From positions 372,291 to 404,290 of the forward strand of contig NZ_LT629735.1 in assembly GCF_900104925.1 (NCBI RefSeq): a DNA stretch of 32,000 nucleotides, read 5' to 3'. Source of the DNA: Opitutus sp. GAS368. Lineage in GTDB: Bacteria; Verrucomicrobiota; Verrucomicrobiia; Opitutales; Opitutaceae. The notes beneath the pieces are model-generated. The model did no database searches. It was not told the DNA's origin and worked only from the letters and a program-made list of their open reading frames with translations. This document shows, one piece after another, positions 24,802-32,000 of this stretch. Position 1 is the first letter of the stretch, and every line of letters starts with the position of its first letter. The position numbers and the translations under genes were made by a program.

Positions 24802-25830
24802 TCAGACCGCGTCGACCTCGCCGAGCAGGTTGGCGAAGATCATCTTGCCACTTCCGCTGGGCAGCACGCCGATGATCTCGGCCGTCACGCGCTTGCCGAC
24901 GAAGGCCCGGCCGTTGTTCACGACGACCATGGAGCCGTCGGGGAGATAGCCGAGCGCCTGGCCGTCCTCCTTGCCGGGCTTGAGCAGCTCGACGCCGATG
25001 CTCTCGCCGATGACAAGCTCCGGGCGGAGCGCGGTTTCCAGCGCGTGCAGGTTGAGCCAGGACACGCCCTGGAACTTCGCCATCGTGGCGAGGTTGGTGT
25101 CGGTCGTGAGCAGCTTGGCGCGCATGGACTGGGCCAGGAAGACCAGCTTGGCCTCGATGTCCTGGCGGCGGGCGACCTCGCTCTGGTGGATGCGGATGTC
25201 GAGGTGCTTGATGGCGCGCAGCTCGTTCAGCACCTGCAGCCCGCGGCGACCGCGGGCCTGCTTGACCGGGTCGGGCGAGTCGGCGATGGCCTGGAGCTCG
25301 GAGAGCACGAAGCTGGGGATGACCAGCCCCGCTCCGAGGAACTGCGTCTGGCAGATCCGGGCGATGCGGCCGTCGATCAGCGCGGTGGCGTCGACCACCA
25401 CCAGCGGCACGTCCACCTCGTGGGGCACGAACCGCACGTAGGGGATGACGAGGTTGAAGTCGTCCTTGCCGCGCAGAGCGATCACGGTGCCGAGGTAGGT
25501 GCAGACGACGAACAGCACCATCTGGACGAGGTAGGTCGTCTGCTGGTTGAATTCACGTCCCTGGGGTGGGTTGAGCAGCGGCGAAATCCCGATCAACCAG
25601 GCAATGGCCGCACCGATGGCGAGGCCGAAAGTCAGGGCCGTCAGGCCGCGCAGGGAAAAGCCCTTGAGCATCAGGTCGACCAGCACCACGAGGGAGCCGA
25701 TCATCAGACCGATGGACACGGCGAGCCCGCGGTGGCTGTCCCATTCCTGCACGGTGTAGCAGATCAGCCAGCTGCCGATGGCGCAGAGGGCGATGAAGAC
25801 TATCCGGATGACGATCAGCGTTTTATTCAT
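24802..25830 (-). CDS. PIN/TRAM domain membrane protein (YacL-like)
   Basis: Four N-terminal hydrophobic segments, PIN-domain core VVVDATALIDGRI...LLTTDTNLATMAKFQGV, and TRAM-like GQALGYLPDGSMVVVNNGRAFVGKRVTAEIIGVLPSGSGKMIFA. Confidence 0.88.
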   Translation of the reverse strand: MNKTLIVIRIVFIALCAIGSWLICYTVQEWDSHRGLAVSIGLMIGSLVVLVDLMLKGFSLRGLTALTFGLAIGAAIAWLIGISPLLNPPQGREFNQQTTYLVQMVLFVVCTYLGTVIALRGKDDFNLVIPYVRFVPHEVDVPLVVVDATALIDGRIARICQTQFLGAGLVIPSFVLSELQAIADSPDPVKQARGRRGLQVLNELRAIKHLDIRIHQSEVARRQDIEAKLVFLAQSMRAKLLTTDTNLATMAKFQGVSWLNLHALETALRPELVIGESIGVELLKPGKEDGQALGYLPDGSMVVVNNGRAFVGKRVTAEIIGVLPSGSGKMIFANLLGEVDAV

Positions 25831-25846
25831 ACCACGGGGCGGCGAA

Positions 25847-25978
25847 TCAATTGAATACTCCCTTGTTTTTCAGCCACAGCAAGACAAAGGGCAGGACGCC
25901 GAGGAAAATCATGACCCCGTAGAGAATCAGCTGGGCCCGGTGGGCCTTCTTCTGCAGTTCGGGATCCAACTCTTCCAT
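25847..25978 (-). CDS. Small single-span membrane protein
   Basis: MEELDPELQKKAHRAQLILYGVMIFLGVLPFVLLWLKNKGVFN, ending 16 nt upstream of the PIN/TRAM start. An ATG at 25987 adds MPR. Confidence 0.6.
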   Translation of the reverse strand: MEELDPELQKKAHRAQLILYGVMIFLGVLPFVLLWLKNKGVFN

Positions 25979-26141
25979 GCGCGGCATCCGACCAAGCGGG
26001 TGCGCGGTTGACAACGTTATACTGGCGGGGCCGGTGCATCCCTCTTTCGAGGGGGCCAAACGGTTCTTGGAATCGACCGCCGCCGCCGTAATTTTTCCGT
26101 CTACGCTTACCCCCTCTCCCAGCCCCTCTCCGGTCCGGTCC

Positions 26142-28340
26142 GTGATAGCCGCGGCGCTCGGCCTGTTGGTGTCCCTGCTCCCCGCCGCGGAGCCGGCGCC
26201 CGCCACCCTGCGCACGGCCGCGGAGGCGCTGGCGCTGCCCCCGGAGGTGGCGATGACGCACCTGCCGGTGGCCATCCGCGGGATCGTCACGGCCGCGGAG
26301 CCCGATTGGGCCGGCAAGTTCTTCGTGCAGGACGAGAGCGGCGGCATCTTCGTCAGCAACGCCGGCCGGCAACCCGCGGTGGGCGACGTGGTGGAGGTGA
26401 CCGGCGTCACCGGCCCCGGGGCGTTCGCGCCGGTGATCAGCAACGCCCGCTGCACCAAGGTGGGCCGGGCGCCGCTGCCGCCGGCCCGGCACGCCACCAT
26501 CGAGCGGCTGATGGCGGGCGCGGAGGACAGCCAGCGGGTGGAGATCACCGGCCTGGTGCGCGCCGCCTATTTCGCGCCAACCCGCAAGCTGCTGGTCGAG
26601 GTGTCCCTCGGCGCCTACCGCATCCGCGTCTTTCCCAAGCTGCCGCCGCAGATCAACCCGGAGTCGCTCATCGCCGCCAAGGTCACCGTGCGCGGCACGG
26701 CCGCGACCTCTTTCAATGCCGCCCTGCGCCAGCTGACAGCCGTGAACCTTTACGTGCCCACCGCCGAGGACTTCGTGGTGGAGCAGCGCGAGCCGCATCC
26801 GCCGTTCGAGCAGCCCGTCGTCAAGCTCGGCGACATCGCCCGTTACCGGCCGAATGTCAGCCTGGGCGAACGGTTGCATGTCAGCGGGACGGTGACCCTG
26901 CAGCGGGTCGGCCAGGATTTTTATATCCAGGATGACACGGGCGGCCTGCACCTGGAGAGCCAGCAGAACACGCCGCTCCTCGCCCCCGGGGACGTGGTCG
27001 AGGCCGTGGGCTTCCTGGAACTCATCAACTTCCAGCCGGTGCTGAAGGACGCCGTCTTCCGCCGGGGGCAGGAAACCGCGCTGCCCCTCCGCGGCCGCGC
27101 CGTGCCCTACGAGGAACTGCGCAACGGCCAGCACCCGGCCGAACTCATCGTGCTGCGCGGCAAACTGCTCGACCGCAGCCTCCGGCCGGTGCGCCGCGAC
27201 GGCGCTTCCTTCGCCGGCCAGCGCGTCACCTGCACGATCCAGACGCCCGACCTGACCTTCACCGCCGAGTGCGAGGAAGCCACGGACAACCTCCGCCTTG
27301 CTGCCGTGCCGCTCGGCAGCCTCGTCGAGCTGCACGGTATCGCCACCTTCGAGACGGGCGATGACGGCAAGCTGAAGGCCCTGAACCTGCTGCTGCCCGA
27401 GGCCAGCAGTCTCGTGGTGCTGGAGACGCCGAGCTGGTTCACCGCCGAGCGGCTGCTCGTCGGCCTGGCGATCGTCTGCGTGCTGCTGGCGGGCCTCGCC
27501 GCGTGGTCGCTGTCCATCGCGAAGAAGAATGCCATGCTGGGCATCCTGATCGCGGAACGGCAGAGGGCCGAGCGGGAGCTCCAGCAGGCGCACGACCACC
27601 TGGAGGAGCGCGTGCGGGAGCGCACCGAGCAGCTCAAGGTCGAGATGACCGCGCGCAAGACCGCGGAGCTCGAGTTCCGCGCCGTGCTGTCCGAGCGCAC
27701 CCGGCTGGCCCGCGAGCTGCACGACACGCTCGAGCAGGCCCTGACCGGCATCGCGCTCCAGCTCGACACCGCCGCCAAGCTTTTCTCGCGCAACCCGGAG
27801 GACGCCAGCCAGCGGCTCGAGCTGGCCCGGGGCTTCCTGCGGCAAAGCCAGCTGGAATTGCGCCGCTCGATCTGGGACCTGCGCTCGCGGGAGCTGGAAC
27901 AGTTCGACCTCGCCGAGGCGCTGACCATGGCGAGCCGGCAGATCGCGACCGGCACGCCGCTGCACGTGGACGTGGCGATCACCGGCAAGCGGCGGCGGCT
28001 GCCCGAGATCGTCGAGGAAAACCTGCTGCGCATCGGCCAGGAAGCCATGACCAACGTCGTAAAGCATTCCCACGCCACCCGCGTCGTGCTGCGCCTGGAA
28101 TTCCTACCGAACTCGGTCGCTCTCGAGATCCGGGACAACGGCCGTGGCCTGAGCGCCGAACGCGTCGGGGCTTATGAAGCGCGCCAATTCGGCCTGCTGG
28201 GCATGAGCGAGCGCGCCAAGCGTCTCGGCGGCCGTCTCGACCTCTCGGGCACCCCCGGCGAGGGCACCACCGTGCGCGCGGTCATTCCGCTGGAAACCGC
28301 CGCCGAATCCCCGGTCCCGCCCGTCCCCGCCATCATATGA
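26142..28340 (+). CDS. NarL-type sensor histidine kinase with an extracytoplasmic N-terminal domain
   Basis: Secretion-like start VIAAALGLLVSLLPAAEPAP, transmembrane LLVGLAIVCVLLAGLAAWSL, HisKA_3 box RTRLARELHDTLEQALTGIALQL, HATPase LEIRDNGRGLSAERV. The ORF is open from 25977; GTG at 26142 is the more likely start. Confidence 0.9.
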   Translation: MIAAALGLLVSLLPAAEPAPATLRTAAEALALPPEVAMTHLPVAIRGIVTAAEPDWAGKFFVQDESGGIFVSNAGRQPAVGDVVEVTGVTGPGAFAPVISNARCTKVGRAPLPPARHATIERLMAGAEDSQRVEITGLVRAAYFAPTRKLLVEVSLGAYRIRVFPKLPPQINPESLIAAKVTVRGTAATSFNAALRQLTAVNLYVPTAEDFVVEQREPHPPFEQPVVKLGDIARYRPNVSLGERLHVSGTVTLQRVGQDFYIQDDTGGLHLESQQNTPLLAPGDVVEAVGFLELINFQPVLKDAVFRRGQETALPLRGRAVPYEELRNGQHPAELIVLRGKLLDRSLRPVRRDGASFAGQRVTCTIQTPDLTFTAECEEATDNLRLAAVPLGSLVELHGIATFETGDDGKLKALNLLLPEASSLVVLETPSWFTAERLLVGLAIVCVLLAGLAAWSLSIAKKNAMLGILIAERQRAERELQQAHDHLEERVRERTEQLKVEMTARKTAELEFRAVLSERTRLARELHDTLEQALTGIALQLDTAAKLFSRNPEDASQRLELARGFLRQSQLELRRSIWDLRSRELEQFDLAEALTMASRQIATGTPLHVDVAITGKRRRLPEIVEENLLRIGQEAMTNVVKHSHATRVVLRLEFLPNSVALEIRDNGRGLSAERVGAYEARQFGLLGMSERAKRLGGRLDLSGTPGEGTTVRAVIPLETAAESPVPPVPAII

Positions 28341-28966
28341 CCAAGGAACCCGCCGTCCGCATCCTCGTCGTCGACGATCATTTCATCGTCCGGATGGGCC
28401 TCATTGCCCTGATCAACACCGAGCCCGACCTGGCGGTCATCGGCGAGACCGACGACGGCGACCAGGCCATCGCGCTGTTCGAGAAACTGAAGCCCGACCT
28501 CGTGCTGATGGACTTGCGGATGCCGCGCCGCTCGGGCACCGAGGCCACGCGGCACATCCGCCAGATGGCCCCGGCCGCGCGCGTGCTGATGCTGTCCGCC
28601 TTCGACGGCGACGCGGACATCCACGCCGCCCTCGAGGCCGGCGCGCACGGCTACGTGCTGAAGAGCGCCACCGGCGAGGATCTGATCCCGGCCATCCGCG
28701 CCGTCGCCGCGGGCAAGCGCTGGATCCCGCGCGAGGTCGCCACGCGCCTCAAGTCACGGAACGCCTACGAGGAGCTCACCGCGCGCGAGATCGACGTGCT
28801 GAACCAGCTGGCCCGCGGCCTCGCCAACAAGGAGATCGCCGACGAACTGAAGATCAGCGAATACACGACGAAGGACCACCTGAAGAGCATCCTCGCCAAA
28901 CTGCGGGTCGCGGACCGCACGCAGGCCGTCACGGCCGCGCTGTCGCGCGGCATCATCCGGCTGTGA
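28337..28966 (+). CDS. LuxR/NarL-family response regulator
   Basis: Receiver ILVVDDHFIVRMGL...PDLVLMDLRMP and HTH LTAREIDVLNQLARGLANKEIADELKISEYTTKDHLKSILAKL. Confidence 0.94.
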   Translation: MTKEPAVRILVVDDHFIVRMGLIALINTEPDLAVIGETDDGDQAIALFEKLKPDLVLMDLRMPRRSGTEATRHIRQMAPAARVLMLSAFDGDADIHAALEAGAHGYVLKSATGEDLIPAIRAVAAGKRWIPREVATRLKSRNAYEELTAREIDVLNQLARGLANKEIADELKISEYTTKDHLKSILAKLRVADRTQAVTAALSRGIIRL

Positions 28967-30861
28967 GGTTTCCGTCCCGCCGCCTTGCTGGCCTCGGCAC
29001 CGCGGCCGCCCTGCTGGCCTTGCTGCCGGCCGCGGCGGCGGCGCGCGCCATCGAGGCGCAATACGACCGCCTGCTCCTCACGCTCTGCGACGCGCTGGTC
29101 GCGACCCAGATCACCGACCCGGCTTCGGCCGATTGCGGCGCCCTGGTCTGCCCGAGCACGAACCCGCAGGTCCATCCGCTCCATTCGCGCGCGGCCGAGG
29201 CGGTCTATCCTTTCGCCATCGCCTGGCGGCGCACCCACGACCCGCGCTACCGTGATGCCGCCGTCAAGCTGGCGCGCTGGCTGATCGGCAAGCAGCAGCC
29301 GCGCGGGGCGTGGGGCGAGGCGTGGCCCAACTTCGACGGCTGGGCCGGGACCACCGCCGACCAGCTCATTTCCCTCGCCGGAGCCTATCCGTTCTTGCGG
29401 AACGAACTCACGCCCGCGGACCAGACGGCCTGGGAGGGTGCGATCCGCCGGGCCGCGGCGTATATCGTGCAGGCCTTTCCCGTCGGCAACATCAACTATC
29501 ATCCCACCGGCGCCGTCGCGCTGTTGCTCGCGGCCGAGGCGGTGCGCGACCCGGTGCCCGCGTGGCTCGCCAAGGCGGACGCCCTGGTCGCACTGACCTT
29601 CCGGGCCGTGAATGCCGACGGATTGCTGACTGGCGAAGGCCAGGGCGTCGACCTCGGCTACAACCTGGCCCAGTCGATCGGCTTTCTCGCCCTGTATGGC
29701 ATCCTGAAATCCGATGAATCGATCCAGGAGCGCGCCGCCGCACTGCTGCGCACGCATGCCTCCTTTGTCTACCCGAACGGGGCCGTCGACAATTCCTGGG
29801 GCACACGCTCCTACAAATGGACCTATGAAAGCGGCACCAAGACGGCTCCCGGAGTCTATTTCACCTTTGCGCTCCTGGCGGACCGGGATCCGGACTTCGG
29901 CGCGGCCGAACAAAGCTGCCTCGACTACCTGACCACCCACGCCCTGCACGACGGCCTGGTCACCACCGGGCCGCATGCGGACCAACATGCTTCGCTCACT
30001 CCGCCCTGCCTCTACTCCACGTTTGCCCGCGCGCAAAGCATCGCGATGGCGCTCACCTATGCCCCTGGCCGGGCCGCCCGCGGCCCGGCGGTCCGGCAAA
30101 AAAACTGGCACCGTTTCTTTCCGAGCGTCGGCGTCACGGTGCTGCGCACCGATCACCTCATGGCCACTGTTTCGGCTTATGGCGCGATTGACCGCTACGG
30201 ACGCGGCCAGGTCAGCCGCGGTGGCAGCATCACCAATTTGTGGCTCGAGGGCTTCGGTGCCACCGGATTCGCGCAGTCGTCCTCCGTCAGTGTTTACCGT
30301 CGCGAGGAGGACATCCACATGCCCGACGAGTCCGCCCTGCAGCCGCTGACGCCCCGCGCCGAGTGCACGATCGATGGCGTTTACTACACCACGCTCTTCG
30401 AGGCGGAGGGCAGGATGAGTGTCACCGAGGAACCCGGAGCCGTCGTGGTCACCACCGAGGGCCGGCTGCGCAGCAGTACGGGGGCAGCCGCCGGGGTGAC
30501 GTATCGGCTGACGCACCGCTTTTTCGGCGACCACGTGACGAAGGAGTGGACGTTCGTGTCGCCGCACCCGCAGGTCATCCGGCTCGTCGAACCCTTCGTC
30601 CGGGACCCCGACCTCGTGGTGGCGCAAACGGCGCCCCAACGAGTGCGCCTTGGTTTCGGGGGCGACAAGGCCTGGGCGTTCGCGGTGGAGCGCGCCCCCA
30701 CCGGCAACACCCTCACTTGCAATGAAGATGCCACGCCGTATTGGAGCCCCTTTCCCGGGGTGAACGGCCGGCCCGTCATCGTCACCTTGACCACGACACC
30801 CGGCCAGCCGACGACCGTCGAAACCTCCTTCGGGCCCGACCCAGTCTCCCGGAAGCCGTAG
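28963..30861 (+). CDS. Secreted protein with an alpha/alpha-toroid-like domain; possible polysaccharide-active enzyme
   Basis: Signal peptide (GLGTAAALLALLPAAAAARA), repetitive helical first part with many aromatics (AWPNFDGWAGTTADQLISLAG, NINYHPTGAVALLLAAEAV), beta-rich C-terminal part. GTG start overlaps the regulator stop. Confidence 0.6.
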   Translation: MRFPSRRLAGLGTAAALLALLPAAAAARAIEAQYDRLLLTLCDALVATQITDPASADCGALVCPSTNPQVHPLHSRAAEAVYPFAIAWRRTHDPRYRDAAVKLARWLIGKQQPRGAWGEAWPNFDGWAGTTADQLISLAGAYPFLRNELTPADQTAWEGAIRRAAAYIVQAFPVGNINYHPTGAVALLLAAEAVRDPVPAWLAKADALVALTFRAVNADGLLTGEGQGVDLGYNLAQSIGFLALYGILKSDESIQERAAALLRTHASFVYPNGAVDNSWGTRSYKWTYESGTKTAPGVYFTFALLADRDPDFGAAEQSCLDYLTTHALHDGLVTTGPHADQHASLTPPCLYSTFARAQSIAMALTYAPGRAARGPAVRQKNWHRFFPSVGVTVLRTDHLMATVSAYGAIDRYGRGQVSRGGSITNLWLEGFGATGFAQSSSVSVYRREEDIHMPDESALQPLTPRAECTIDGVYYTTLFEAEGRMSVTEEPGAVVVTTEGRLRSSTGAAAGVTYRLTHRFFGDHVTKEWTFVSPHPQVIRLVEPFVRDPDLVVAQTAPQRVRLGFGGDKAWAFAVERAPTGNTLTCNEDATPYWSPFPGVNGRPVIVTLTTTPGQPTTVETSFGPDPVSRKP

Positions 30862-30883
30862 GGCGGCATCGACGGACGCTGAG

Positions 30884-30948
30884 TGGAGGGCGCGCGTCCC
30901 TGCGCGCCGGTTCGATCGCCAACGGCCCGCCGGGATGCGGGCCCTCCA
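30884..30948. repeat. Family A element with an extended loop, between convergent genes
   Basis: TGGAGGGCGCGCGTCCCTGCGCGCCGG - loop - CCCGCCGGGATGCGGGCCCTCCA. Confidence 0.85.
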
Positions 30949-30949
30949 G

Positions 30950-32000
30950 TTACTTCTTCTCCGGCACCTTGAGACCGAGCGCCTCGATGTAGCCGCGGTT
31001 CGGCTCGCAGCGGGCGAGTTCGATCTGCTTGAGCAGGTCGGCGAAGGCCTCCTCGATTTCGGTCTGCGGCGGGCGCAGCGGCAGGTTCTTCTTCACCTGG
31101 TCGGAACCGGTGCGATCGGGCAGCGCGGCGAAGGCGACGATCCGGTCCCAATGTACCGGCGGATTGAAATGAACGAAGCCGGCCGGGCTCGACATCTTCT
31201 TGTAGGGCCAGAAGGTCCAGCCGATGTCGTGCGCCTCGAGCAGCTGCCGGAAGGCCGCCACCCACTCGTCCTTGTTCTCACCGGTCTCGCCGATCCAGAC
31301 GGGGACGTTGTGCTTCGCGCGGAAATCGAGGTAGGGGCGGATCGAGTCCTCGGTCGGCGGCATCCAGTATTTGTGGAAAGTGTAGGAGAGGTTGGCGGCG
31401 GGCGGCGCGCCGAGCAGCGAGAAATCCGAATCCCAATTCACGCCGGTCAGGCAGACCATGTGGTTCGGGTCAATGGCCCGCACGGCTTCCAACACGCGGT
31501 GCAGGAGCGGCTCGACCAGGACCCTTTGTTTTTCCCAGCCGGGGAAGGCCGGCATCGGTTCGTTCAACAGGTCGTAGCCGAGGATCACCGGCTCGTCGCG
31601 GTAGTGTCGCGCGAGATTGCGCCAGACGGTGAGCAGCTGTCCCTGCGCCATCGCGCTCTCGAACAGCCACGGGTAGCCGCGGCTGTCGTCGATGTTCGTG
31701 CCGTTCTGGCCGCCGGGAGCGCAGTGCAGGTCGAGGACGAGCAGCAGGCCGGCGGCGCGGCTCCATTCGACCAGCCGGTCGAGCCGGCGGAAGCCCTCGC
31801 CGTCCGCCGCGAGGAAGAATTTGTAGTGCAACGGCACGCGCAGCGTGTTGCACCCGGCCCGGGACAGAAAATTGATGTCCGCCGCAGTCACGTAGCGATC
31901 GCGATAGGTTTGCCAGAACGCCACGGCCTGGTCGGGTCCAAGCAGCACCTCGACCATCGCCTCGATCTCCCGCGGCGACTGCGGGCCGTCCTTGAGCCGC
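30950..32000 (-). CDS. Glycoside hydrolase family 5-like protein, N-terminus outside the window
   Basis: NTLRVPLHYKFF, LLLVLDLHCAPGGQNG, LGYDLLNEPMPAF (acid/base Glu), NVPVWIGETGENK (nucleophile Glu). The ORF stays open to the window end. Confidence 0.88.
   Translation of the reverse strand, partial: RLKDGPQSPREIEAMVEVLLGPDQAVAFWQTYRDRYVTAADINFLSRAGCNTLRVPLHYKFFLAADGEGFRRLDRLVEWSRAAGLLLVLDLHCAPGGQNGTNIDDSRGYPWLFESAMAQGQLLTVWRNLARHYRDEPVILGYDLLNEPMPAFPGWEKQRVLVEPLLHRVLEAVRAIDPNHMVCLTGVNWDSDFSLLGAPPAANLSYTFHKYWMPPTEDSIRPYLDFRAKHNVPVWIGETGENKDEWVAAFRQLLEAHDIGWTFWPYKKMSSPAGFVHFNPPVHWDRIVAFAALPDRTGSDQVKKNLPLRPPQTEIEEAFADLLKQIELARCEPNRGYIEALGLKVPEKK

Overview
High-GC, densely coded chromosomal segment. 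Gene content and repeats suggest the Verrucomicrobia (Opitutaceae-like), but that is an inference only. I find no tRNA, rRNA, CRISPR, prophage or transposase gene. Supported genes: ClC-type channel (partial), SNF2 helicase, a lipid/envelope cluster (GT4 glycosyltransferase, LpxH-like phosphoesterase, MGDG-synthase-like glycosyltransferase), MgtA-type Mg2+ P-type ATPase with a coupled PTS EIIA-like protein, Kdo transferase, bacterial deoxyhypusine-synthase-like protein, M16 peptidase, a secreted hypothetical protein, exosortase, HIT protein, PhoH-like, YbeY, DUF502 protein, RecO-like, a nuclease/DinG-like FeS helicase, PIN/TRAM protein, a histidine kinase/response regulator/secreted enzyme operon, and a GH5 hydrolase. 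The strongest unusual signal is about 20 small palindromic or tandem elements from several families. Several lie in frame inside conserved protein-coding genes: ybeY twice (one a perfect 54-bp palindrome), the exosortase once, and the DinG-like helicase at 3-5 sites. Others supply the start-proximal or stop-proximal sequence of neighbouring ORFs. This resembles in principle the Rickettsia palindromic elements that insert in genes, but with several sequence families.
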